Assembly (NCBI RefSeq): GCF_023055435.1
Contig: NW_025964334.1
Span: 24,676,001 to 24,740,000, forward strand
Length of the DNA stretch: 64,000 bases
Origin: Haliotis rufescens
Lineage: Eukaryota
Reading direction: 5' to 3'
Of this stretch, positions 37,606 to 50,800 are shown piece after piece. A model generated the notes under the pieces. It was not told the origin of the DNA, searched no databases, and saw only the letters and a list, made by a program, of their open reading frames with translations. The translations under genes were made by a program, and so were the position numbers. Position 1 is the first letter of the stretch. The number at the start of each line of letters is the position of its first letter.

Positions 37606-38879
37606 CTGTGAACAGAGTGGAGTGTTCAAAGAGGTTTTTCATTAGTTTGGACGGGTAGAATTCATTATGATCATATATATATTATTTTGTCCGTACAAAC
37701 GACACATTTGAAAGTGATTTCTCTTGCCATTCATCTCAAACATGCAGAGAACATTTCTATTTGAAGCATCAGCGACAAAAACTATGTCTGATGCAATTCG
37801 CTTCTTTGACTGTTAAGGTTTAACCACTTGACTTGCCTTTGCTTGTATTTGTGAAGGGTACCACCGGTGGCGCAGGATACGCTCACAGTTTTACACTTTG
37901 TGTTATTACTGTTTACTTTAAAGCATCCACATAAAATGTTCACGTCTGGCTTAAAGCTGAGTTTTTTCAATCAAGATTTCACCGTAAAAGGTTAGGTCAT
38001 CTCAGGATGTTTTGTAGATATTCAGAAGAATTTACAAATTATGACACGTTGCTTGTCAACATCATCTTTGTGTTCTTGTAATTGAACCAGGATTTCAAAA
38101 GCTATTCTGGACGTGCATTTTATCAAGTAACACTGAACCAAATATAGGTCATTATGCAAAATTATAGATGTATCTGTTAATTTAGGAAATAGAATCAACA
38201 TTTTTTCCTGATTTCTGTGTTACAGATTTCATATCTTACTCACCGGCACTTTCTGGTTTATAGAAAATTTGTGAGTGGTAGGTGCTACCGGTAGCATTAT
38301 GTTTACCCTTTTCAGTGAACACCTGGTGTCATTACTGATTTTCAGTGATCCGTTCATATTATTTTCATCACTAATTTGCTTTTTATAATTTTACACTTTA
38401 TCAATATGTATGGAATATGTTTCGGCAGATAGCCAAGACTAATAATCATCTGGCCAATGAATGTATTACTACATAAACCATTGTTAACGGAATGGAAAAT
38501 GACGTCACAGCTAATCATTGTTGACGTCATATAATATCATAATTGATGACATCAGATTAGCTGATCGGTGCACTCCCATTTGCAGTGATAGATAAAGAAC
38601 GGGGTAAAATAAAATGAGCTTATCTATAGAATAATTTTCTTGAATATTAACTTGCCTCTTGATTGTATGTTATCAGCATTTGACACAACGATTGCCGAGT
38701 TTAATGAATGGTTCGGAAATTTAAGAATTTGAAAAGACAAACAGCAGCTGGTTTTAGTGACACAACTTTCGGAGTATTTGGAAGAGAACCACTGCATATA
38801 AACATGTATAAATGCATTATCATTTTCTGGCTTGAAGCAAATATGAAATCCGAAAATTAACAAACATTTCATACCAGTC

Positions 38880-39125
38880 TATGACTCTTAATTGACCCCA
38901 TATTGTTGATAAACTTCCATGGATTTCTTTTGTGAAAGAAGATACTAACTGTGGACTTACTGAATGGTTTGATAACCCGTTTATATGTTCTGCACAATGG
39001 CTGGCCTCAAAGGTAAAATAAATATTAAAAGATCAATATCTGCAAAACTGGCGCAGTCCCTTTGTGGAAAGAGCAGAGGGTACTACAAAAAAATTAAAGA
39101 AACCATATATTTTGAAAAGTAACTT
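38880..39125 (+). pseudogene. LINE ORF2 C-terminal remnant
   Basis: WISFVK...WLASKVK*ILKDQYLQNW...YKKIKETIYFEK resembles the post-RT region of CR1/L2-group LINEs. Confidence 0.55.
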
Positions 39126-39419
39126 CCAACATGTCCTTCACTTGCTGAATAAATAAATGAATAAATAAATAAATGCTAACAAGGAAATATTTGTCCTTTT
39201 CCCATTTTGAATACTCCAACTCCTCATCGAACCTCACCTGGAAACATGCATAAGGGTGATATGTGGTAATCAGCAGTCCCTGAACCATTAATTATAGAAA
39301 CACGAGTCACAATGGGAAGTAGTCATAAAGGGAAGTACAATGTATGATACATATTTGTGGGTTTAAAACACATCCTTGACCAGTGCCAATATTACAGGTT
39401 AAACACTCAGATACACCTT

Positions 39420-39805
39420 TGGGAGTTCCAACACAAGCAGATAGATGGGATTATATAAAAAAAAATTACCCTTAACAACAACTTCACTCAATGAGTGCAG
39501 GAAAATATCATGTCTCAGAGTGTCAAATGGCTTGGAAAAATCAATGAAGAGGCAGTAAAATCTGCCTCTTTTCTTACCAATGTATTTTTTAACTATAGCC
39601 TGGAATGAAAATATTTTCAATAGTGGAGTAATGAGCCCTAAAACAGCTTGTTGTTCATTAATAATATTATGAATTTACACCAATTCTGTAGACATCTGTT
39701 CAAAATAGACGTAAATACTTTAGAATTTGAGTCTCTGGGAGAAATGCCTCTATAGTTGATGGGGTCAGTTTTACAGAAAGACTTGAAGAGAGGACATAAT
39801 TTACT
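39420..39805 (-). pseudogene. LINE reverse transcriptase remnant
   Basis: Broken-frame motifs PINYRGIS, SKVFTSILN, QQAVFRAHYSTIENIF and RFYCLFIDFSKPFDT. Confidence 0.8.
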
Positions 39806-39811
39806 TCCTTT

Positions 39812-40505
39812 ATCACTAGTCCCTTTATGACTACTTCCCTTGATGACTAATTCCCATTATCAATACTTCCCATTATCACTACTTCCCTTGATGACTACTT
39901 CCCATTATCACTACTTCCCTTGATGACTACTTCCAATTATCACTACTTCCCTTGATGACTAATTCCCATTATCACTACTTCCCTTGATGACTACTTCACA
40001 TGACTACTTCCCATTATCACTACTTCCGGTGATGACTACTTCCCATTATCAATACTTCCCATTATCAATACTTCCCATTATCAATACTTCCCATTATCAC
40101 AACTTCCCATTATCACTACTTCCCTTGATGACTACTTCCCATTATCACTACTTCCCTTGATGACTACTTCCAATTATCACTACTTCCCTTGATGACTACT
40201 TCCCATTATCACTACTTCCCTTGATGACTACTTCCAATTATCACTACTTCCCTTGATGACTAATTCCCATTATCACTACCTTAACACATCCCTTGATGAC
40301 TACTTCACATGACTACTTCCCATTATCACTACTTCCGGTGATGACTACTTCCCATTATCAATACTTCCCATTATCACAACTTCCCTTGATGACTACTTCC
40401 CATTATCACTACTTCCCTTGTTGACTAATTCCAATTATGACTACTTCCCGTGATGACTAATTCCCATTATCACTACTTCCCTTGATGACTACTTCCCTTG
40501 ATGAC
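39812..40505. repeat. 16-bp / 32-bp minisatellite
   Basis: Alternating CCCATTATCACTACTT and CCCTTGATGACTACTT. Confidence 0.93.
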
Positions 40506-42024
40506 CCTCTTTTTTCAAGCAAACAATCAACTGGACAGTGTCCGAAAGCAACGTTGACTGATGGCGGAAATCCCACACAGAGCCTGTAAAACCTGTGGGA
40601 AATTCCAGCTAGGGTAAGTACTCGTGCACTGAACAACGACAGTCACGCCATGTATAGTTGGTGAACTTCAAAGACTTAACAAAACTCATTGTAGACTGCT
40701 GGGGAAAAGAAATTACACACTCATATTTGATTTTGGTTAAAAAAGAAACAAAAAAGAAGTGGATGGTGATGTATTTTATTCGGGCATCATTGATGTGTGT
40801 TGGACCTTGCAGTGTTTTGGTGTTTTCAGCCACGTAACGTTTTGTTGACATTTGAAATATTTTGGTCAAATCCAATTTTCAAGTGTATACTAATGTTTGA
40901 CCGGCAGTTTATTTAGATATGCTGCATCTTGGATATCCAATAGGACGATGAGAGTTTTGCATCCATTTTGAACGAAAGTACTATATGCAAATATAAGACA
41001 ATATCGCGATTAATCGCAAAGAACAATGAAGAACGAAGTGTGGTTTATTTCAGGATAAAACATTGTTCGTACATGACGTTATTTCCGGAGATTTGAACAT
41101 GAGCTCCCAACTTGATGACTTCATAAATTGGCCGACGTTAGTATTGAGAGGGAAATGTCCAGTGAGTTGTTACCCATAGATAGCTTGGCTACGCAGATAG
41201 ACGCAGTGGCCCAACGATCGCATCCAAAAGTGGGAGAGGTGTATGACAATCGGTATTGAGAAAAAAGGTCCGGATAATCGACGTACAAATTAGAAGAATA
41301 TGCGGGAAAGACCAAATTTAAGCCCAATTGCCGAGGTGGGATTATTTATATGGGTAAATAATTTTATCTTACCTCCATGTCAGAATGATGAGATCTCTTG
41401 ATCCACGTGATCGTGATAAAATACTTTATAGCTTGTACATTCTATTAACATTCTTAGAAGCTGTACATAATATTGATAAGAAATAAACATACCTACTTAA
41501 ATGGGGGGAGGGGGGGGGGGGGGGGAGAGGAATTGTTAAAGTGTAAACGATCGGTTCGTTAGTATATTCCCTTATATCCCGCTTCAAAGCAAAACGCCGC
41601 ACGTTTTTTTTCCGAATCAGTGGAAGTCACGTAACCTCAGCTCTATCTAACAGCCGTTTTCTATCCATTTTGATTTTGTTTGAATTCTTTTACGATGTCA
41701 TATTAAAACATGTCGGTAAGATAAATTCGTTGTAGCAGGATCACTCGGTGTACATGGGGTTTTATGCGTCCCCCGAACACAGGACGCCTCCGGCTCATGG
41801 TATAAAACCTAACGTGGGAAGCATACAACCCCATGTTCCCCTCGTTTGCTGATGCAACTTTATAGATTGGCCCATTCGACTAAGACTGGCGGAGTAAGTC
41901 TGGATGCATGTACACAAACTGATGGTATCAACACCCATTCATTTATTTATAACAAATGTCTAAATACACAACAAACTACCGAACAATTGCCAACGTTACT
42001 AGACTGAAAAAAGTCGCCTGTTGT

Positions 42025-42262
42025 TTTTGTTTGTTTGCTTGTTGTTTAATGCCGCAATATTACGGCTATATGACTACAGTCTGTACATAATCGAGTCTGA
42101 ACCAGTCAATCCAGTGATTGACATCATGAGCATCAATCTATGCCATTGGGGTGCGATGACATGACACCAAGTCTTCGAGCCTGTCCACCCGATCCCGTTA
42201 GTCGCCTCTTACGGCCAGCATGGGTTGCTGAAGACCACTTCTAATCCAGATCTGCACAGGTC
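42025..42262 (-). mobile_element. Family D short retroelement (more diverged copies at ~42690-42905 and ~43298-43415)
   Basis: Similarity to the reference copy. Confidence 0.8.
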
Positions 42263-42973
42263 TCCCCTGTTGTAAGATACGCATTGATATGATACATGTA
42301 ATATCGTCTATAGTACCCGTATCAAATATATCACCATCGAAGAACCACTTGCTGTTTGTTTTATTTGTTGCCCGGCAGTTTTTTAGCCACTTCAGCTTGC
42401 TAAAAAAATTATCAATGTGTCCTGCAATAAGGACATACATATTTATCAATTCTTAATTCTATAATGTTGCAACGCATTGTTAAGATGAGTTTTTATACCG
42501 GTACATGTCAACAGTCTTGTTAGAGGCACTCCGGCTTGACCCTAACTGAAACAAGATGAGGTACAGGATCCGATGACAGTAGTTCGAATCCTCGATTCGT
42601 TCTGAAAATGATTCTTGGTTTAAGGGCTCCAAACCCGTGCTTTATATTAGATTTCACCAAAGCTGTAGACGTCTGAGATCTGTGTCACACTGTTTTGTTT
42701 GTTTGTTCAACGCCGCACTCGGCAATATTCCAGCTACATGAAGGCATCCTGTAAATAATCGAGTCTGGACCAAACAAATCAGTGATAGATATCATGAGCA
42801 TCGATCTACGCACTTGATATTATGTATAACTTCCTATTACAATAGCACACAACCAATTCACCGAGGAGGACCACCCAATCCATTTTGTTACCCTCTTACG
42901 ACGAACTTCGTGGGCACAAATCCCAACTCTCGATCCCCAGGGGGAGCAACTTTTCCAGATTAGGTTGACATAC

Positions 42974-43031
42974 CGTGAAAAAAAAGAACTGGAATACATG
43001 CAATGCTTAAGTCCCCATTCACACACCTCAT
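42974..43031 (-). CDS. Candidate first exon of gene B (N-terminal half of signal peptide)
   Basis: ATG...CAC G|gtatgt, phase 1, MRCVNGDLSIACIPVLFFH. Splicing to 37605 gives ...VLFFHGCVLLCGSDA|AP, a plausible signal peptide (163 aa total). An alternative phase-1 donor exists at 43981. Confidence 0.38.
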
Positions 43032-44291
43032 ATGATCACTCACTCTTTTATACGGTTTCCATCATCATTGTGCTGTAAGTTAAATACTTGGTTTAAGATA
43101 TATCTTCCATGCTTAGCTTGATGGTGTCAACTCAACCACGTCTTATCTTCGTTACCGCGTTCTCCCCAAGGTCACATATATCCTTAAGATGGCGGAATCG
43201 AGATTCAATATATTTAATATCATGTTACTTTCTTCTTCTTTTTTAAATCTGTCCAACACTCAGTGACCAATGTTTACGCACTCTTCATGATAATCCACCC
43301 GTGAGGAATCCGGTAAGAATATACTCCCGCTGCTTGTAAGGCTAAATGGATCGAGTGGTCAGGCTCGGTGACTTACAGCTGGAATATAACTGCGCGTTAA
43401 ACAACAAACAAAACAACGTTTGGTTAATACTTGTTTGTCCTACCTAGTGCAAAGTACCCAACGACATCCATCCTCACACGTCTATACAGCATCTTCCCCC
43501 GATAAGCTTTTCTCTATGTTGTTTCTCCTTACACATCCAGCACTGGAATGTTCACAAAGCCAACATATTTTTTACAATATCGATTTTGGGTTTTGTAGAA
43601 AAACAAGGACGAAATTCACGTTCCCCTTGCTTTGTGTAATCAATAACAATGGTTGTATTGTCCGAACAAATACATATGTTTACAATAGCAATAATTGACC
43701 CCTTATTAGACGATTGCGATCAACCGCTCCATATTTGTCTGATGTCAATGGCTGTTTCTTTGAAGCATAGCTTTTGTTGTATTGTCATTACACTTAAAAA
43801 GATGCCGATTGCGGTTCATATTTCATAGGTAGCCTTCAATAGATTGCCTTTGTCATAACACTTCCAGACCCAAGTACCACATTACGATTAGCAAACTAGA
43901 CTTCAATTACATTTGCATTTAAATTAAAACGACATTTTAAACATAATGCGTAATTGGCTACTTCTCCGTTCGGTACTTACTGGCCATTTTAAATAAAATA
44001 ATTAACGCCGCAGACAAAACAAATGTGTCCTTGTGTGCGTATCTGAACAATGTTCGTTCTGGGCTCAATTTGTCTCCGCCCATTATACTGTTTATAGCTT
44101 AACAAACAGTTCAGGTGTGCGGTTTATGGTACTTATTTGTCATGTGCTGAATTTATCGTCGTGCTAAATGTGGACGCTAATCATATTTTTTTTATAAGAA
44201 TGAACATGGAAGTCACCAACTACTAATTATTAAACGTATTCGGTTGTTTTAAATATGTTTAGATCTAAAAACACACCTCTAAATATGGACA

Positions 44292-44567
44292 GGGGGCACG
44301 GGTGGCCCAGTCGTCTAAGGCGCCGCGATTCGCTGTGCAAAGTTGCGTCCCTTGGGCACGCCAGAAACCTATGATTGTGGGTTCGAATCCCGGTTCACCC
44401 CGATTATATTTCTAGGTTTGTCAGCACCATAACCCGTGATCGTGGGTTTCACCGAAGTGGTAAACGTCTGAGACCTGCATCACTTCGGGCATTCCTCCCA
44501 CATAAAGCTGACACGCCGTGATATAACTGGAACACTGTTAAAAGCGGCGTTAAACCCAACTCACTCA
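44292..44567 (+). mobile_element. SINE family B
   Basis: Full length; TSD CTCTAAATAT(G/T)GACA. Confidence 0.9.
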
Positions 44568-45007
44568 CTCTAAATATTGACAAGGGGCGTTTTAGGTTTG
44601 TGCTTAAGACTGAAACACATTTTGTCAGTGTTTATACACACGGATGAGGATAGCCATGTGTCAGGGATCCATGACGTGTAGGAACAGTATTTGTATCATA
44701 ACACATATATGTAGTAACCGTGTGATTGGGCGTAACGTCCACCTGTGCGACCCTATACCCTTGACCAGCATGACAGTAACATTGCTACCCGTATTGAGAT
44801 AACATCTTCACGACTCTTTCCACCATTGACATTCCTCACGTTGTCGTCACAGTATAAGGTGTGATAAGCCCATTAAGATTCACCTCTAATAGTTAACAGC
44901 CAAATTGTATACCCTGTTCAAGGCCGTGCACCTAGGAAATGACGTGTCCATATACCTTGAACACCATGAAGGTGCTTGTACTTTGTCAATGATGATGTTG
45001 AAGACAA

Positions 45008-45458
45008 TGAAGATCCGGGTAGAGAACAGGTCTTAATCAACCCATGCTTGCCCTGAGAGGCGACTAACGGGATCGGGGAGTCAGGATCGCTGGCTTGGTA
45101 AGCATGTCCACGTATCCCAATTGCGTGGGTCAATGCTCATGATGTCAATCCCTGGATTGTCTGGCCAAGACTCGATTATTTACAGACCGGCGTCATACAG
45201 CTGGAATATTGCCGAGTGCGGCGTTAAACAACAAACAAAGCAAAGCAATGGATGTATTGATATTGATCAGTGTTTCATTATTATCTATGCATTGATGGGT
45301 GTGTAAGTAGGGGAGGGGGTAACTACTCTGTAAGAGGGCGGTTTCGAATCTTGGTGCCTCGGCACCCCACACCGCTCACTTGTACACTGCTAATCATTAT
45401 TTGAATGTATACTGATATTGATCCTGTATTCATAACAAGGGTTACGGGTGGTCAAGTG
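45008..45458 (+). repeat. Family D copy plus ~215-bp flank; left arm of an inverted duplication
   Basis: Reverse complement present at 53605-53988. Confidence 0.85.
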
Positions 45459-45932
45459 ATATAATATTGCGGGGTAATCATCCCTAGTGGTTAGGACTAC
45501 AGGGTTCCATGGTCGAGTCGCTGGTATGTCAGCACCAGACACGTCTGTTTAACTGTCTACGACGTCTCTCCTTTTCCTCCCATATCAAAAACAGCCCTTG
45601 GGTCGCAGATATGACTGGAATATCGTTAAAATGCAAATGTACCCTAAACCCATCATCACATACTCTCTAATGTTTGTATTAGTGAGAATCTGGTACGTTT
45701 TTTCTGTCGATGATATCAATATTCATTAATATTCCATGTCACATAATAATTTCATTTCAATGGAGAAATCCGTATTAAATTATTATTTTGAGTGAAACAA
45801 TGTTAAATCATAGGCAGTGCGGGTAGGCGGGTGGGGGTTTGGGGGTCTCAGGGATGGGTAGGGGAGAAGGGATAATCTATCTGTGGAACACTTTCTAGAA
45901 TGGCTGTCTGTCAACGTTAAACCCTACTTCAG

Positions 45933-46057
45933 ATCACCTCACCTAACCTCACCTCACCTCGCCTCACCTCGCCTCGCCTCGACTCGACTCGACTCACTTC
46001 CCCTCACCTCACCTCACCTCACCTCACCTCACCTCACCTCACCCCACCTCACTTCAC
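45933..46057. repeat. (CACCT)n pentanucleotide repeat (family C-type tail)
   Basis: Follows CGTTAAACCC. Confidence 0.85.
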
Positions 46058-46783
46058 CGGTGCTCTCTCGAGGTACCAGGTGTTAATGTCTCGATTACTA
46101 TACATGCTAGATGTTTGTATGGTTTTTCGGTTAAGCAGTGTGCTTTCTTTTCCCGATGTTCACGGTCGTGTGTCCCCTAGGCGTGCCTGGAATCTGTGAT
46201 TGAGGTGTTCGAATCCCTGTTAGCCCTGATTAGGTGTTTAGGTTCCTAGCACCAAACCTGTGTTCGTGGGTTTCACCAAAGTAGTAAACGCCTTAAATCA
46301 GCATCAGTTGGGGCGTTCCTCTTCTCACCTCACAGTTTACCACTTCCGTGCGACCAACGAGCATTGGTATGGTGCTGACAAACCTAGAAACAAAATCAGG
46401 ACAAGTGTACCTTGGTTACATACTGGCAATATTACCAGCAACCTTGACCCCTTTGAATAGAAGACATGCATATCGTGAACGTGTGACGTCGAAATCTCTC
46501 CTTTTCATGAATAGATCATTAATCCTTAAATCAAAGAAAGGAAATTGTAAGATTCAATCTATCATCCTGTTGGCTCACGCCAACCGTCACAATTATCGCC
46601 ACCTTATCTCTGTTTTATCGGCTAAGGTTTGTTTCTGATCTGCTTTCTGAGGCGGTGATGGTCATGACACGCGGTAATAACCAGTGAATCACATTCAGGG
46701 ATCAGCGGTATATATCAGAATACATCACGCCAGATGACGGGTATATTAACACACAGTGCCCTGTGTGTTGGACACTGGGCTTC

Positions 46784-47848
46784 ATGAGAAAGATGTTCAG
46801 TCGACTTTTGAACATTCTGATCGGCGCTGCTCTTTTCGGGCAGATCGGCGCTTTATGGTTCGGTAAGTTGATTTTACTGTAGAAATGTACGTAAAAGTTA
46901 AATTGGTGTTCCAGAATAATTTTACTGAAGGAGGGGTGATTTGTTTGTTTGTTTGTTTAACGCAGCACCCAGCAATATGCCATCTTTGTGACGGTTGTCT
47001 GTAAATAATCAATTATGGGCCAGACAATCCAGTGATTGACACATAATCATCGATCTACACAACTGGTATACGATGACATGCATCAGCGAGCCTGACCACC
47101 CGATCCCGATAGTCGCCTCTTACGACAAGCATGGATTACTGAAGTCCAATTCTAACCCGGACTCTTCACGGGTCGTACGAGGCATGGGCGAGGTATGAAA
47201 TCCACGATAGCCTTGGAAACAAGACGTTCTCATTAGATTATTGTTTTCCCATTTTACATGTCAAAAAGCATTGTGTTTGCTTGGTTTCGTCATTTTCTTT
47301 TTTTTTGATATATTGACAATCACCAGAAACAGATTGTGCATATGCGCATGACGACTGGATTTCATTTCAATTTTCCTACTCGCCTCTCGGGGCAATTTTC
47401 CTAATGCCTACTATAGACCTTTAAGGTGTCAATATTATGTATCTATTTTGAAATTCTACATGTTTGAGACAGTGTAGTGAGTCGCCCTAAATCTGGTTTT
47501 CGTTCGTCTTTGGAATTTTCACCACTTAACTCACCATCGTTGAATGGTCCAGACCTCATAGGTGATGGTGAAAAGGAGTGTTCCTTACGGTGTCATCGTT
47601 GCATCAGGGGCGATGTTGTTGCCTTGTGGATAAAGTGTTCGTTCGTCACGCCAAAGACCCAGGTTCGATTCCCCACATGGGTACAATGAGTGAAGCCCAT
47701 TTCTGTAATCCCCTGCCTTGATATTGCTGGAATAATCCTGAAACTATACACATTTACTTTTTGCAAAGACACTTGGCGTTCGTATAATCACCCCAACTCG
47801 ATGTCATTTTAACTTACATTTGTGCTGTGGAGATTTAAGCTGGTATAC

Positions 47849-47888
<40 letters not shown>

Positions 47889-50800
47889 GACGTCGAGTTT
47901 GTTCTTGTCTTCATGTTCATAGTCTTCATCATCATGTCATTATTTTAAATGAATGAATAGCTCCTCCAGACCCGGATGAAATTGATGTTCGGTGTCCCAC
48001 GTTCCGCAGCTGCAACACAGATTATTTCAAAGATCACAGAGAGGATCCAAATAAGCTTGTGGCATGCGCGTAAGTAGCACTTTCAGAAATAGTGTGGGAG
48101 TGAGTGATTTAAAATTTATTGCCGCTTTCTACAGTATTCCTGTTACATCCCGGTGTGTCTACTTAACGTGGAAGGAAAGTTCGAAGTGATGCAGGTCTCA
48201 GAGATTTACCACCTTTGTGAAACCCTAGAGAACGGGTATGGTTCTGACAAACCCAGAAACATCATCGGGACGACCAATGATCATAGGTTCCTTACGTGCC
48301 CAAGGGACGCAACTCTGCACATCGAATTGAGAAAACTTGGCCACCAGTGCACCCACTTTCAGAAATAAGTTTAAAATCGACCATCCTTTTTTGGGGCATG
48401 GCATTATGCGCGTCTGCTTGTGTACAGTTAATCATCGTTTACTCAAAGTCCTAATCACTATCGTTAGTACAGGTTAAAAATGATATTTTAGTTTAATACT
48501 TGTTGCACACGTAATGAGACATGTAAATAATATGTAAAGTAAGATAATTATGATAGGTGTTAATGTTATTTTTCTCATCACATTGGAGGATTTATACAGA
48601 TCAAAAAAGCTGTATCCGCCCATGTTATGTATCTAGTCTGGTTTTCGTTCGTCTTTGGAATTTTCATAACTTATCTCGCCATTATTGAACGGTTCAGACC
48701 TCATAGGTGATTGTGAAAAGGAGTCTTCCTTACTGTGTCATCGTTGTATCAGGGGCGATGGTGTTGCCTTGTGGTTAAAGTGTTCGTTCGTCACGCTAAA
48801 GACCCAGGGTCGATTCCCCACAATGGTACAATGTTTGAAGATCATGTTTTATCCTAAAAGCTGCATTAATATAGATACGTAGGTTTGTGTGCGTGCGTGT
48901 GGTGAGGTGAGGTGAAATGGGGTTTAACGTCGCGTCCAAGATTAGTGCACTTATATAGCGACGTGCATGCACTTGTGTGTGTTTGTGTGGCTGCTTGTAC
49001 TAGTCCGGACTGATGCCGATTTATAGTGCTAGCTCACTGAGATACCATGCTGCAGTTTAACATGAATACCCCACTCAGACACAGTATACTGACTCCGAGC
49101 CGACCAGTCCTTGTTTTAGCCCCTTAATGCCGAGCGCCAGACAGGGTAACAACAAGTACCATCTTTTAACGTCTTTGGTATGACGCGGTCGGGGATCGAA
49201 CCCCGGACCTTCCGGCGGACGGTCTAAAACTAGACCACGGAGGCGGTCGTGTGTGCGTGTGTGNNNNNNNNNNNNNNNNNNNNNNNNNNNNNNNNNNNNN
49301 NNNNNNNNNNNNNNNNNNNNNNNNNNNNNNNNNNNNNNNNNNNNNNNNNNNNNNNNNNNNNNNNNNNNNNNNNNNNNNNNNNNNNNNNNNNNNNNNNNNN
49401 NNNNNNNNNNNNNNNNNNNNNNNNNNNNNNNNNNNNNNNNNNNNNNNNNNNNNNNNNNNNNNNNNNNNNNNATAAAACGTCAACGCGAGAGAATAACCAG
49501 TCTCGATTATCTGCCGAAACAGACTCCATTTGGCGTAAAAGGCACTACAGTAGTGAAAATAGTCTAACATTTAGTCTCTGTAATCTTATATTACACAATA
49601 TCCTTCTTGACTCTAAAAATATATTTAAAAAATTCCCTATGCTGATTTCTAGCTTGAGCTGGCTAGACTTGCTTTTGTATGTGTTTCTGGATTATTTTTT
49701 TCATAAAATAAATTTATTCCAAGGTCATGGTGTAGGACTATAGTGAAAATTATAGGAAAGTATCTCAAATCGGTGGTGACACCAGGTGTTCGCGAAAAGG
49801 GTAAGCATGCACCCGCCACTCAAAGAAGTTTGCTGTCTGCATTTGTTGCCTGACGCGACACAGCAGAACTCCTGCCATGCGATGGCGATCTGTAAACAAA
49901 CCAGACAATCAAGTGATCGATGGACCAAAACATCTACTGACACGATAGCGCATTTTTTTTACGAAAAGCAAAAACAAATAAACACGTCGAAGATGTAGTA
50001 AATAGTGAACTTTAGGCTTTAAATATACGTTCCAAGTATCTCAATCTCATTAAATTCAGAAGCCCGTGAAGAATCCGGGGCAGAATAGGTCTTCAGCAAC
50101 CTATGCTTACCGTAAAAGCGACAATGCTTGTCGTAAGAGGCGACTAACGATATCGGGTGGTCAGGCTCGCTGACTCAGTTGATGCATGTCAACATATCCC
50201 TTTTGCGTAGATCGTAGACAATTGCGTCACTGGATTGTCTGGTCCATCGATTATTTACAGACCGCCGTCATATAGCAGGAATATTGCTGAGCGCGGCGAT
50301 AAACAACGAATGCCATCTTCGAACCGTTAAGGACGATGGAGCATCCATTAATCAAACCCTGTTTATGTGTTTTCAGTTATGATGAATTTCTTACCACCTG
50401 CTGTTTTCTCTAGGGCACAAGAGACACATATGTCATGTGTTTACAACCAAGGGGTAATATGCGATCTATTCGACTTTGAGGACTATCTGCGCCGGTACGA
50501 AAACAAGCAAGAGAAGTGTTTTGCCCATTGCGTGGATGGTACGTACTGATTGCCCCAGTCACTGTTCACTCACTTCTAAGAATAAGAGGAAGAAGTTAGA
50601 TTATTTATTACAAATCTTTACACTTCCATGTCTCAGGGTGGTGTGTGTGTGTGTGTGTGTTTGTGTGTGTGTGTGGGGGGGGGGGGGGGGCACGGGTGGC
50701 CCAGTCGTCTAAGGCGCCGCGAATCGCGGAGTGCAGAGTTGCGTCCCTTGGGCATGCCAGAAAACTATGATTGTGGGTTCGAATCCCGGTTCTCCCCGAT

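Noticed and set aside
38243-38321. Candidate upstream exon of gene B (VFTEKGKHNATG..., strong gtgagt donor)
   Set aside because: The sequence matches dispersed repeat E at ~49775-49830 and ~58455-58520, and the acceptor lacks a pyrimidine tract.
39179-44083. Other possible gene B exons (39237-39181, ~40698-40620, 42421-42317, 44083-43981)
   Set aside because: Each has one plausible splice site, but none shows the family Cys pattern or gives a clearly better protein. Undecidable without transcripts.
8307-49743. ORFs spanning N runs or microsatellites (poly-X, THTH, LSLS, poly-V)
   Set aside because: Artefacts of gaps and simple repeats. The exception is the 14140-14352 Thr exon, which uses a frame the ORF track did not list.
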